Below, one piece after another: positions 38,793 to 48,907 of a stretch of DNA of 64,000 nt. The notes under the pieces were generated by a model that was given only the letters and a program-made list of their open reading frames with translations, had not been told where the DNA came from and made no database searches. The first letter of the stretch is position 1. Every line of letters begins with the position of its first letter. The stretch comes from Ignavibacteriota bacterium (GTDB taxonomy: Bacteria > Bacteroidota > Ignavibacteria > UBA10030). The stretch spans positions 2,048,001 through 2,112,000 of the forward strand of contig OY969585.1 in the NCBI GenBank assembly GCA_963701295.1. Reading direction: 5' to 3'. Position numbers and translations under genes: made by a program.

Positions 38793-41065
38793 TGAGGTTC
38801 ATTATTATTCCGTGGAAACACAACACGTCTGAGTACTGTATGCACTCCCGGCGACAGCGCTACTCGCATATAATCAGTTCCACGTCGTTTATTCTCTGGC
38901 TTACCATTCGCACAGTCTCTGCTCAGACACATGAATCTGCATTCGGTGAAGTGCGGGCATTCCCGCTGCCTGCAAAATTCGAGAAGAGCACGTTGGTTTC
39001 AACAACTCGTCAGAAAATAACAACATTGGCTGCATGGTCTGCACATCACAATGAAATTCTTCTGGCTACATTTAATCCTGCCCTGTCATCAGTGAGTTAT
39101 AGTTTGAAACATACAACAATGGAGTTTGATAATCTCACTGTGGCAGATTTCAATAATGATGGTTCACCGGACCTTCTGCTAGTGAATAACCAAGAGCGAA
39201 CGATGGGGCTCGTGCTTCACTTGTCGCGGGATACACTTCAGGTGGTAAGCAAGATGAAACTTCCATTCGAACCCGAAAAAATCTTGGTCGGGGATTATAA
39301 TAATGACGGACACCTCGATGTGCTGATGTATGCGCATAATACTCCAGGCATTCTCCCCCTTATAGGAAATGGCAAAGGACGTTTTATTTTGGGGAAAATA
39401 ATTGCGCCGGATAATGCCATCGGTGCTGCTGATTTTGCTCATGTGAATAATGACAACCTGATTGATCTGATCGTGTGGGATTGGGTGAAAAGCGAGCTTC
39501 ACGTTCTTTGTGGTGTCGGGAAAGGAAGATTTATTGACCAGAGTGTGTTTCCTGTACAAGGAGATGTTGATGTGCTTGTTGCAACTTCAATAGTTCGTGG
39601 GCACGCACTCGATTTGCTGCTGAAGATGTCGAATCCATCCGGGTTTCAAATCTGGGAAGGGAACGATTATGGCGATTTTCAACTGAAGAATCGTATTGCG
39701 GTTGAGGGGCGTGTTACCGATTTCGGTCTTGCCGATATCAGCAATGATGGCTTGAACGATATCATTGTTTCTGTCAATCCTGCTTCTTTGCAAGTAATCT
39801 TTAATAATGATGGAGATGCTTTTTCTGAACGTGTTGAATATGCTTCCGGCAGCGATCCGCAGAATATCTTTGTCGTATCTCCTCAATCGGGAAATCCGAA
39901 AGATTGTATTGTCTTTGATCGGAGCGGTGGACAATTTATTGTGTATAGGAATGTGATGAGATCAAGTGTCATGACAGATTCCATACAGATTGCCACAGGT
40001 GTCTTTCCGACAGAAATCATCGCAAATGATTTCAACCGAGACGGCATTTCTGATATTGCTTTGATCAATCAGAAAAGTCAATCTGTGTCACTCTATTTTG
40101 GACGGAAGGCCATTGCTCCTTCTGGGCCACTATCGTATTCGTTAACGGATAAGCCGAGTCATATTGCATTCCATTCGTCAACCGATACGACGCTGAAGTT
40201 TGTGCTCTCGTTTCCACAGTTGCATCAGATATCATACTTCATCATCGATTCCACCAATAATTCGGTTTCAAACGCGCTCATCGGTTGCGAAGGTGATGCA
40301 CAAATTGTGGAAGCAGCTCTGAATGATTATGATCAAGCAAAATTTGTTACTTGGAATACGACGACCTCTGAAGGAAACTCTCTCAGTTTTTATGAGCAAC
40401 TTGGACCGACGACATTCATCGAACGCACATTCCGTCTTTCTCCGCCGGATGATTTGCTGGGTGCTTCAGTAGCCGATTTGAATAGCGATGGTCTTCCGGA
40501 TATTGTGTATGCGTACCATGCTGGCGATACTTCGACGGTGGAATTAGGTGTCGCATTTGGCGATTCCACATATTCGATGAAACGCCGCATCGTTTCAAGG
40601 GAATTATCGCTTCCCGATACTCATCGAATATTTATTTGGCTGGCTGATTTTGACAAAGACGGTGTTTTGGATCTGCTGATGCAAACAGGACCACCGGGTG
40701 AGTATTTTATGGTTGCCAAAGGAAAAGGAGAAGGATATTACAACGATCCGAAAATCATTGCCAGCGGCATCCCTGTGACAGATCGGTCGGAAGTGCAAAT
40801 AGTTGACGTGGATGGAGATGGATATTCTGATATTGTTGTCGGCTCCCAGCATCTTGGATGCGTATTGTGGTTTCGCAATGAAGGCGATTGTAACTTTGCC
40901 AGAAAAAAAATATTATCTATTGAAAAAGGGTTGAGTCATTATGTCATTACAGATATTGATGCAGATGGAGTAAATGATTTGGCAATGACGCTCTCGAAGA
41001 AAGGCATATTGAAGATTATCAATGGAAAGTGCCTGTTTCTTCAAAGGGAGACAGGTGTGCGATGA
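38792..41065 (+). CDS. FG-GAP/VCBS repeat beta-propeller protein
   Basis: Many DxNxDGxxD repeats (DFNNDGSPD, DYNNDGHLD, DFNRDGISD, DVDGDGYSD); start may be later. Confidence 0.88.
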   Translation: MRFIIIPWKHNTSEYCMHSRRQRYSHIISSTSFILWLTIRTVSAQTHESAFGEVRAFPLPAKFEKSTLVSTTRQKITTLAAWSAHHNEILLATFNPALSSVSYSLKHTTMEFDNLTVADFNNDGSPDLLLVNNQERTMGLVLHLSRDTLQVVSKMKLPFEPEKILVGDYNNDGHLDVLMYAHNTPGILPLIGNGKGRFILGKIIAPDNAIGAADFAHVNNDNLIDLIVWDWVKSELHVLCGVGKGRFIDQSVFPVQGDVDVLVATSIVRGHALDLLLKMSNPSGFQIWEGNDYGDFQLKNRIAVEGRVTDFGLADISNDGLNDIIVSVNPASLQVIFNNDGDAFSERVEYASGSDPQNIFVVSPQSGNPKDCIVFDRSGGQFIVYRNVMRSSVMTDSIQIATGVFPTEIIANDFNRDGISDIALINQKSQSVSLYFGRKAIAPSGPLSYSLTDKPSHIAFHSSTDTTLKFVLSFPQLHQISYFIIDSTNNSVSNALIGCEGDAQIVEAALNDYDQAKFVTWNTTTSEGNSLSFYEQLGPTTFIERTFRLSPPDDLLGASVADLNSDGLPDIVYAYHAGDTSTVELGVAFGDSTYSMKRRIVSRELSLPDTHRIFIWLADFDKDGVLDLLMQTGPPGEYFMVAKGKGEGYYNDPKIIASGIPVTDRSEVQIVDVDGDGYSDIVVGSQHLGCVLWFRNEGDCNFARKKILSIEKGLSHYVITDIDADGVNDLAMTLSKKGILKIINGKCLFLQRETGVR

Positions 41066-41117
41066 AGATGTATTGGAGTGCTGATTGAACGAATTATGGC
41101 AGCAATATAGTGAGAGA

Positions 41118-42854
41118 ATGACCTACCGTCGATTCAAGTACCGTTCAGTTATTCTGTTCTTTCTTGCTGCGTCTAGTTGGGCATCAGCGCAAGTGGTATA
41201 CTCCACTCGACAGTTGAGCGCTGATCAATTGCTTCAATACTTCCGTTCACTGAAAGATCCATCGCAGCAGGGAGTGTATTCAAATGAACTTCATGAGGGG
41301 AAATGTGGTTTGGGGATTAGAGCGCAGGTCCACAGTCAATGGAATGCTTTTTCTGCACTACAAAAAATCGAACTAAAGCAGCAGATGGTTCTGAGCTCCA
41401 TGCAAAAGGAAAGAGTCATTGGTCGATTCAAAATCCTGTATGACACTTCAGGAACTCCAAATGTGCCGGCTTTATTAGATGTGAATAACCAGCCATTATC
41501 CAATACCGCTGAAGCGTATGTGGATTCTGTTGGAGCTATATTTAATTATGTCTATTCTGTTGAAGTTGACGGATTGGGATATTCAGCTCCTCCGCATGAG
41601 CAGGGTGAATCGTACTATCGAATTTATATCCAAGACCAAGGCATATATGGGTATGGGCTTACTGATTGGGATCCAGAAGCGCCGAATCTTAACCCAAGCG
41701 GGAATCCTCCGCGATACGCGTGCTTTGTACAGGTTGACAATGATTTCAAAGATCAAGATACCAAAGGAATCAACGCTCTTAAGGTGACGGCAGCACATGA
41801 GTTTCATCATGTTATTCAGATTGGTTCGTATGGATACCGAAGCAACGATCTTTATGCCCATGAGTTAACCTCTACATGGATGGAAGATGTTGTCTATACC
41901 GATGTGAATGACTACTATTTCTATTTAAAATGGTATTTTGGTGATGAGCAACGTGATTCTGGATTTTGGCAAGGATGGGCATTTAATAATAGTTCTTATG
42001 GCGGCTATGAGCGCTGCATCTGGGCGCATTATCTCGCAAAGCGATTTAGTCAGAGTATTATGCGGGATGTCTGGACACGAATGCGCACTCAACCATTTCT
42101 TGAAAGCACTGATGCCGCATTAGACAGCATAGGATCAAATTTACAAACAGCATTCTCTGAATTTACATACTGGAATTATTTTACAGCAGATCGTGCTGAC
42201 ACGGTGAAGTATTATCCAGAAGGGAATCATTATCCGCGTTTCCAGCCGTTGCAGAAAATTGCGTACGCTCATGAGGACACAACAATTGGAGGAGATGTGT
42301 TTCCGCTTTCTTCTTCAATGTACGAATTTGATTTGCCATCTGACACCATTATGAGCATGGTTGCCAATGTGGAGGTCAGTGCGGTGGAACAAGGAGATGG
42401 TACAGTAAGAAATGTGGGAGTGACCCTTTCCTCTAAGGTTCCTCTTGTGCCATATCAAGAATTTAGTAATGGATTGACGGCAAAAGTCATTGTCGCAGAT
42501 ACATCTCTCTGGCGCTCTTTCTTTTCGCAAGGTGTTCGTCGTGATACAGTGATTAATCCTCCGCTGTTTGTTGTCAGTTCTGATGCATCGCCGAATCCCT
42601 TCCGGCTTATGAATTCACAACAACTCCTTCTCCCAATCCAGGATGTCGACGCTAGCACCGCGGAAGTGTACTTCTATAGTTCATCCTTAAGCCTTGCATA
42701 TTCAGGACAATTACCTGTATCGATTAAAGGGCTCAATCGTGTCATTGTTGTGTCAGCATCCGAAGTAAAATCGAATCTTTCCTCCGGCATATATTTCATC
42801 ATTGCAAAAACAAAGAATAATGAATATCGATGGAAAGTGGCGGTCATTCGATGA
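41118..42854 (+). CDS. Secreted zinc metalloprotease-like protein (MXAN_6640-like) with T9SS-type C-terminal domain
   Basis: TAAHEFHH, ExTSTWMED; PNPF...SGIYFI...KVAVIR C-terminus; signal peptide. Confidence 0.8.
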   Translation: MTYRRFKYRSVILFFLAASSWASAQVVYSTRQLSADQLLQYFRSLKDPSQQGVYSNELHEGKCGLGIRAQVHSQWNAFSALQKIELKQQMVLSSMQKERVIGRFKILYDTSGTPNVPALLDVNNQPLSNTAEAYVDSVGAIFNYVYSVEVDGLGYSAPPHEQGESYYRIYIQDQGIYGYGLTDWDPEAPNLNPSGNPPRYACFVQVDNDFKDQDTKGINALKVTAAHEFHHVIQIGSYGYRSNDLYAHELTSTWMEDVVYTDVNDYYFYLKWYFGDEQRDSGFWQGWAFNNSSYGGYERCIWAHYLAKRFSQSIMRDVWTRMRTQPFLESTDAALDSIGSNLQTAFSEFTYWNYFTADRADTVKYYPEGNHYPRFQPLQKIAYAHEDTTIGGDVFPLSSSMYEFDLPSDTIMSMVANVEVSAVEQGDGTVRNVGVTLSSKVPLVPYQEFSNGLTAKVIVADTSLWRSFFSQGVRRDTVINPPLFVVSSDASPNPFRLMNSQQLLLPIQDVDASTAEVYFYSSSLSLAYSGQLPVSIKGLNRVIVVSASEVKSNLSSGIYFIIAKTKNNEYRWKVAVIR

Positions 42855-43486
42855 ACCGAGTTACTATTACGGCAAATGATGTCGCCAAGGATTTCAATCG
42901 CCGCGCAATATTTCGGAATATTTCACTCTCTCTCTTATCGCCCTCGTCACTGGCAATTACCGGAAAGAATGGCGCCGGTAAATCTACACTTTCGAAAATT
43001 CTTGCCGGCTTGATTAGCTCGACACGAGGATCTATTACCTATACGTTGAATGATAAGCAAGTCGGCATTGAAGAATTTAAGCATTATATCGGATTTGTGT
43101 CGCCGTATTTGAATTTGTATGACGAGTTTACTGCGCTGGAGAATCTTCAACTTCTTTCCCGCATTCGTGCAACACCTCAGCAAAACGAAGGTAGGGCGAA
43201 AGACCTCTTGAGCCGAGTCAGCTTGTGGCAGCGCAGGGATGACCTCGTTGGTACATTTTCTTCAGGGATGAAGCAGAGGTTGAAATACGCTTTTGCACTT
43301 TTGCATAATCCCACTGTGTTGATTCTCGACGAGCCGACAAGTAGCCTTGATGAAGAGGGAATTGAATTCGTTCAAGGTTTGATGAAGCAACAAAAAGAAG
43401 AAGGTGTTCTTATTGTTGCAACGAACGACAAAGAAGAAGCCACTTGGTGTGCTCAAGAAATTCACGTGGGAATGCCGGCGAGGTAG
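42851..43486 (+). CDS. ccmA: Heme exporter ABC ATPase CcmA
   Basis: GKNGAGKST, FSSGMKQR, LDEP; upstream of ccmB. Confidence 0.88.
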   Translation: MNRVTITANDVAKDFNRRAIFRNISLSLLSPSSLAITGKNGAGKSTLSKILAGLISSTRGSITYTLNDKQVGIEEFKHYIGFVSPYLNLYDEFTALENLQLLSRIRATPQQNEGRAKDLLSRVSLWQRRDDLVGTFSSGMKQRLKYAFALLHNPTVLILDEPTSSLDEEGIEFVQGLMKQQKEEGVLIVATNDKEEATWCAQEIHVGMPAR

Positions 43487-43527
43487 TTGTTGTCAAATTA
43501 TATTTTTAGAACATTTATGAAATCAAT

Positions 43528-44199
43528 ATGAATTTTATAGCAAGTACATGGGCGATTGTTGTAAAAGATGTGCGATCGGAATTGCGTACGCGCTATGCAC
43601 TCAACGCACTCTTGATGTTCGTCGTTACTTCGGTCGCGACTATCTTGTTCGCTCTTCGCGACGATGAGCTGAATCCGGAAATTCTTTCTGGAATGTTTTG
43701 GGTTGTTATTTTCTTCACAGCGATGTCAGGACTCTCTCGTATATTCGTCAGTGAAGAAGAACGGGGAACGACCTTGACACTCCAGCTTGTTGCCTCGCCT
43801 TCGGTAGTATATTTTGGAAAGTTGATATTTAATAGCGGCCTGACACTCATGCTTTCCTCGGCGGTTACGGTTCTCTATGTGGTCGTATTCCCGGCATTTG
43901 TCATTAAATCGCCATTAATATTTGGGTTCACTGTTTTTTTGGGAAGCCTTGGATTCGCTTCTGCCGCTACCATTATCGCTGCTGTTATCGCTAAGGCAAA
44001 TACAAAAGGAACTTTGTACCCTGTGCTGTCGTTTCCTATACTGATTCCATTGTTGATGACGGTCTTGAAATCGACTGCTCGTGCGTTGGATGGTGAATTG
44101 TTTAGTGCGGCTTTTGGTGAGTTTCAGATTCTCGTGTCGTATCTGCTGGTGATGACCGCCGGATCGTATCTTTTATTCGACTATGTATGGAAGGAGTGA
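43528..44199 (+). CDS. ccmB: Heme exporter permease CcmB
   Basis: KDVRSELR, EEERGT, LYPVLSFPILIP. Confidence 0.92.
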   Translation: MNFIASTWAIVVKDVRSELRTRYALNALLMFVVTSVATILFALRDDELNPEILSGMFWVVIFFTAMSGLSRIFVSEEERGTTLTLQLVASPSVVYFGKLIFNSGLTLMLSSAVTVLYVVVFPAFVIKSPLIFGFTVFLGSLGFASAATIIAAVIAKANTKGTLYPVLSFPILIPLLMTVLKSTARALDGELFSAAFGEFQILVSYLLVMTAGSYLLFDYVWKE

Positions 44200-44200
44200 C

Positions 44201-44905
44201 ATGAAGGCTGTCCAATATCTGTCGATTATTTTTGTCACATTTGTGATTATTGCCGGTATTGCCGTCCCGATGGTACCGGAGCCGCAGAGCCTTCTTGAGT
44301 TTCCCATTATTCCGGGACTTGAAGATAAAGCACGCAACATTTTTTTTCACGTTCCGGTGGCATGGACATCGGTTCTTGGATTTCTGGTGGCATTGTACTA
44401 TGGATTTAAATATTTGCGGACGAAAAATTTAGATTATGACATTAAATCCGTGTCCTCCGCAGGGCTTGGGATGATGTTCTGTTTATTGGCGACGGTGACA
44501 GGATCGATCTGGGCGAAGTTCAATTGGGGATCATTCTGGAACTGGGATCCGCGAGAAACCTCGATTTTTATTCTCCTCCTGATCTACGGAGCATACTTCG
44601 CGCTTCGTTCATCGCTCGGATCGGATGAAGTTCGCGCCCGTCTTTCGGCTGTCTATGCAATCCTCGCCGGACTTACTGCACCATTCTTTGTTTTTATTAT
44701 GCCACGCATTGTCGGCGGATTGCACCCTGGGGCAAAAGGAGATACATCCGGTTCAACACCGGTTGCACAACTTCACATGCCGCCAAATATGCGCTTTGTG
44801 TTCTTTTCGGGTCTTATTGGTTTCAGTCTCTTATTTATTTGGCTCCTGAATGTACGCATTCGTGCGGCACGAATGGAACATCAACTTTCAATAAAAGAGT
44901 ATTGA
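44201..44905 (+). CDS. ccmC: Cytochrome c biogenesis protein CcmC
   Basis: FFHVP, WGSFWNWDPRET tryptophan-rich motif, LHP. Confidence 0.94.
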   Translation: MKAVQYLSIIFVTFVIIAGIAVPMVPEPQSLLEFPIIPGLEDKARNIFFHVPVAWTSVLGFLVALYYGFKYLRTKNLDYDIKSVSSAGLGMMFCLLATVTGSIWAKFNWGSFWNWDPRETSIFILLLIYGAYFALRSSLGSDEVRARLSAVYAILAGLTAPFFVFIMPRIVGGLHPGAKGDTSGSTPVAQLHMPPNMRFVFFSGLIGFSLLFIWLLNVRIRAARMEHQLSIKEY

Positions 44906-44912
44906 GGTAACT

Positions 44913-45050
44913 ATGTACGAATTCCTAAGTCAGAACCAATTGTATATTGTTTTATGTGTAACACTGCTCATATGGATGGGCATCGTGTGGTATCTCATCC
45001 GTCTTGATAAGAAGATCGGACAACTCGAGAAGCAATTGAAAAAGGATTAA
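44913..45050 (+). CDS. ccmD: CcmD family small membrane protein (45 aa; absent from the ORF track)
   Basis: MYEFLSQNQLYIVLCVTLLIWMGIVWYLIRLDKKIGQLEKQLKKD; GAGG RBS; between ccmC and ccmE. Confidence 0.85.
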   Translation: MYEFLSQNQLYIVLCVTLLIWMGIVWYLIRLDKKIGQLEKQLKKD

Positions 45051-45054
45051 TGGG

Positions 45055-45444
45055 ATGAATGCAAAAATCATTATTGGCGGATTAGTTATTCTCGTTGGTA
45101 TTGTGCTTGGGACGATCAACTTTCTTGATTCCAATGTCGAGTATGGTGATTTTGCCGATGCACGCCGTATCCAAAAAAAAATTCAGGTCAAAGGCGAGTG
45201 GGTGAAAGACCGCGAAAGTTCTTTTGACGCAGAAAAAATGCAATTCACCTTTTATTTAAAAGATGACAGCGGAGAAATTTCCAAAGTGGTACTTAATGCT
45301 GGCAGGCCAAACAATTTTGATCTTGCAGCAAGTGTTGTTGTAAAGGGGAAATATTCCGGCGACTATTTTCATGCGACAGAAATCTTAACTAAGTGTCCCT
45401 CGAAGTATGAAGGACGGTCCGGTGTGATGAAAAAGCAGTATTGA
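45055..45444 (+). CDS. ccmE: Heme chaperone CcmE (CxxxY type)
   Basis: N-terminal TM; PNNF; ILTKCPSKY. Confidence 0.93.
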   Translation: MNAKIIIGGLVILVGIVLGTINFLDSNVEYGDFADARRIQKKIQVKGEWVKDRESSFDAEKMQFTFYLKDDSGEISKVVLNAGRPNNFDLAASVVVKGKYSGDYFHATEILTKCPSKYEGRSGVMKKQY

Positions 45445-45453
45445 TGTTCCTTT

Positions 45454-45480
45454 GTAGGGACGTCCAGTTGAACGTTCCTG
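45454..45480. repeat. GTAG-type REP-like palindrome
   Basis: GTAGGGACGT-CCAGTTGA-ACGTTCCTG. Confidence 0.5.
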
Positions 45481-45518
45481 TGTATTCTTGTCTCTGAGCG
45501 GTTACAGTGGTTATCCTT

Positions 45519-46463
45519 CTACCGCTTTTTAAACACACAAAATAAATGATAATGGCCAGTGCGTGAAAAATCTTGGCTAAAATGTTTCTTCCAGAAACGA
45601 TAAGTATTCTCAAATCCTGGGAAACCTTTGATCGCTTTCTTTACATTGAATTTGATAGACCGATCCTCAGTTAAATTTTGTAACGAAGGATATCCGACAT
45701 TTTCCAAGTGAACGATGTCAAGCTCCAGTTTCTTCGCCAAATAGTTGCAGGTTGTATTTGAAAAATATTGCATATGCTCCAAATCGACCCTGAAAAGAAT
45801 TGGAGCTGATTCCTGCAAAGCAAATGACGCATTTGGAGTAAAAATTGCAATAATTCCACCGGGATTCAGAAGCCTTTTGGCTTTGTTCAGATATTGCAGA
45901 GGTTCTAAAACATGTTCAATCAAATCCATAAAAAGGATCATATCATATTTATTCTGTCCGTTTATTCTCAAAAAATCTATTTTTCGGATGTTATCAATTT
46001 CTAAATCTTTATATGCATATTGGAGAATATCGTTATCGAGTTCTATTCCAGTAACTTCAGCTCCGAGTTGTTTCAAAAAATACAGAAAAAACCCTCTACC
46101 AAAACCGACATCCAATACCCGTTTCCCTTGCATTGTCATAAGAGACGTAAATACCTGGTAGCGATAATCAGAATTTGGGTTTGTTTGTAAATACATTGTG
46201 CGTAGTTGAACACCATTTATTTTCTTTGCATTGCGATAATGTTTTTCATAGGCTGAATAGAACTGAGATAGTTGTGTATGGGAAGGTGATGGGGAAATAA
46301 AAAAAGTGTTGCATCGATTACAGAGTTTCACGCATAAGCCATCGGGACGAACAAACATCGGATGGCATTTCTTCTTGCAAACCGGGCAATTTCTCGGGAA
46401 CAATTTCCTGTCATCCCACTTTAAAATCCGTTTGTCTAGATCTGGTAATCGGACGATACTCAT
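45519..46463 (-). CDS. Class I SAM-dependent methyltransferase with N-terminal Zn-finger
   Basis: CPVC...CNRC, VLDVGFGRG, DLIEHV, LNPGG, TPN; AT-rich. Confidence 0.88.
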   Translation of the reverse strand: MSIVRLPDLDKRILKWDDRKLFPRNCPVCKKKCHPMFVRPDGLCVKLCNRCNTFFISPSPSHTQLSQFYSAYEKHYRNAKKINGVQLRTMYLQTNPNSDYRYQVFTSLMTMQGKRVLDVGFGRGFFLYFLKQLGAEVTGIELDNDILQYAYKDLEIDNIRKIDFLRINGQNKYDMILFMDLIEHVLEPLQYLNKAKRLLNPGGIIAIFTPNASFALQESAPILFRVDLEHMQYFSNTTCNYLAKKLELDIVHLENVGYPSLQNLTEDRSIKFNVKKAIKGFPGFENTYRFWKKHFSQDFSRTGHYHLFCVFKKR

Positions 46464-46548
46464 GAATTTCTCGGGCGCAGGTTCTTTTATGAAAGAGGAT
46501 TTAGTGCTAAATAATTAAACAAAAATATTGTTTTGGTTGAACGATGGC

Positions 46549-47283
46549 TTACCCTCTATTCACAATAAAACTGAATGGATTGTCAATCCCCAATGACCAT
46601 TTCGATATAAATGGTTCACCATATTTCACTCCGATTTTAGAACCGAAATACCTGCAGCGGGTTTCGATCACTTCTAAAAAATCTGGCCGGCTTAACCTTG
46701 TCTCGCTCTCTTTACTTTCCGGATTGAAAAATTGCGAGGCATGTGCGCGCACAGACTTCATCTTCAGGTCAAATGTGTCGCTAATATCCACAATAAATGT
46801 CGGCTCGAATTCCATCCATTGCATAAACTCAAAGTAGTGGTGCGGTCGAAGGCGTTCTTGTACTTTACCGTTGAGTCTCGTCTTGATCTTTTCTAATCCA
46901 CTGTAGTACCATGCTTCCCGGCATAGTTCGCTGGTATGGACATGATCCGGATGCCGCTCAACTCCGTAAGGAATAATAAGAAGAGCAGGGCGGAGTTCGC
47001 GAATAAGTGTAATGATCTTCAGCATATTCTTTTTGTTGACTTCAACGTTGCCGTCCGGAATGTGAAGATTCCGCCGTGTGACGGCACCAAGAATATTTCC
47101 TGCCTGTTGTGCTTCTTTCGCACGAATTTCTTTTGTACCGCGTGTGCTAAGCTCACCTTGCGTGAGCTCGCATAAAGCTACTTTCTTTTCTTGTCGAACA
47201 AGCTTGGCGATTGTCCCACCGCAAGCAAGTTCAAGATCATCAGGGTGTGCTCCAATCGCCAAGACATCAACATTTATATTCAT
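46549..47283 (-). CDS. bshB1: Bacillithiol biosynthesis deacetylase BshB1 (PIG-L family)
   Basis: GAHPDDLE, TQGELSTRG, RHPDH, AHASQF, YGEPF. Confidence 0.88.
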   Translation of the reverse strand: MNINVDVLAIGAHPDDLELACGGTIAKLVRQEKKVALCELTQGELSTRGTKEIRAKEAQQAGNILGAVTRRNLHIPDGNVEVNKKNMLKIITLIRELRPALLIIPYGVERHPDHVHTSELCREAWYYSGLEKIKTRLNGKVQERLRPHHYFEFMQWMEFEPTFIVDISDTFDLKMKSVRAHASQFFNPESKESETRLSRPDFLEVIETRCRYFGSKIGVKYGEPFISKWSLGIDNPFSFIVNRG

Positions 47284-47468
47284 ATTAATTCCTCATAATT
47301 GTATGAATAATATAGATAACTACGAAAGAAAAGACAAGATGAGCTAGGAAAAAGTGAAAAGTAAAAATGAAAATGGAAAGGATAAACGGCTGACAGTATT
47401 AAGATATTCTCATTTTCCAGAGTTGAATGTGGGAACAACATTCGGTAATTTAAGGCTGGAGTTACTTC

Positions 47469-48665
47469 ATGTCCATCGAAAAAAATGTCGTTACCATTAC
47501 TGAATTAACGAGACAAATCAAGCAATCGTTGGAAACTAGTTTTCCACGAGTGTGGGTGGAAGGCGAGATATCCAACTTTAAGCAGCATACTTCCGGGCAT
47601 CTATACTTTACATTGAAAGACGAAGGTGCTCAACTATCCGCTGTGATGTGGCGAAGCCGTGTTGCGAATCTTACGTTTCTGCCTGAAGACGGGATGAAAG
47701 TGATTGCTCGTGGTTCTATCACTGTCTATCCTCCGCGCGGGAATTATCAAATTGATGTTGAACAGATTCAACCTGTCGGTATTGGAGAACTTCAGCTTGC
47801 ATTTGAACGTCTCAAGAAGAAGCTGGCGGCCGAAGGATTGTTTGATCCTGCACACAAAAAGCCGATTCCGGAGTTTCCAGAGTGTATCGGCATCATTACA
47901 TCGGAAACGGGTGCGGCATTGCAGGATATTCGAAGTGTGTTGTCACGCAGGCATCCATCAGTAGAAGTGATTCTTGCTTCTGTGCGCGTGCAAGGCGTGA
48001 GCGCCGCAGAAGAAGTCGCTGAAGCCATAGAACAGATGAATCGCTATGGCGGTATAGACGTGCTAATCGTTGGACGCGGCGGCGGTTCGCTGGAAGATTT
48101 ATGGGCGTTTAATGAAGAGAAAGTTGCTCGAGCCATCTATGCATCAAAAATTCCCATCGTCAGCGCTGTCGGGCACGAAATTGATTTTAGTATTGCAGAT
48201 TTTGTCGCCGATTTACGAGCACCGACTCCATCGGCGGCGGCGGAGTTGATTGTGCGAGATCGAACGGAATTGCTTGAAGATATTGGCAACTTATGCTATA
48301 CTATGCGCGGTGCTATTGATACTCAGATGTTGAGTTTTCGTGAACGGATAGCAAGTTTGTTAACAAGCTATTCGTTTAATCGTCCGCGCGATTTGGTTCG
48401 GGAATTTTCTCAGCGTGTGGATGAAATTGATCGAAGTCTTAGTGTCTCTTTCAATCATATCGCACGAACTACACATCAGCGATATGATTCGTTGAGATAT
48501 CACCTGCAAGCATTAAACCCGCAAGGTGTTCTCAAGCGTGGCTATAGCATTGTTCGGAAAGAAGGACGAATTGTTTCCAGCGCACGTTTGCTTCACCGTG
48601 GTGATGAAGCGGCGATTCAATTCCATGATGGGACTATTGATGTACATGTAGAAAAAGGAAAGTAA
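47469..48665 (+). CDS. xseA: Exodeoxyribonuclease VII large subunit
   Basis: GEISN, SGHLYF, RGGGSLEDLWAFN, GHEID, APTPSAAAE. Confidence 0.98.
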   Translation: MSIEKNVVTITELTRQIKQSLETSFPRVWVEGEISNFKQHTSGHLYFTLKDEGAQLSAVMWRSRVANLTFLPEDGMKVIARGSITVYPPRGNYQIDVEQIQPVGIGELQLAFERLKKKLAAEGLFDPAHKKPIPEFPECIGIITSETGAALQDIRSVLSRRHPSVEVILASVRVQGVSAAEEVAEAIEQMNRYGGIDVLIVGRGGGSLEDLWAFNEEKVARAIYASKIPIVSAVGHEIDFSIADFVADLRAPTPSAAAELIVRDRTELLEDIGNLCYTMRGAIDTQMLSFRERIASLLTSYSFNRPRDLVREFSQRVDEIDRSLSVSFNHIARTTHQRYDSLRYHLQALNPQGVLKRGYSIVRKEGRIVSSARLLHRGDEAAIQFHDGTIDVHVEKGK

Positions 48666-48667
48666 TT

Positions 48668-48907
48668 ATGGCAGCAAAGAAGTTGGTCAAGAACTCGCTT
48701 GAGCATTCTCTGAAGCGGCTTGAAGAAATTGTAGAATTACTGGAACACGGCAATGCGCCGTTAGACGACGCTGTGAACTTATATGAAGAGGGCGTTCGAA
48801 TATCAAAAGAGTGTGCGGAAAAATTGAAATTGACTGAATTAAGGATCAAAAAGCTCTCTAAAGATATCGAAGGGCAATTCACACTGAACGAGTCTGATGA
48901 AGAATGA
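48668..48907 (+). CDS. xseB: Exodeoxyribonuclease VII small subunit
   Basis: LEEIVELLE, LDDAVNLYEEG; follows xseA. Confidence 0.95.
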   Translation: MAAKKLVKNSLEHSLKRLEEIVELLEHGNAPLDDAVNLYEEGVRISKECAEKLKLTELRIKKLSKDIEGQFTLNESDEE

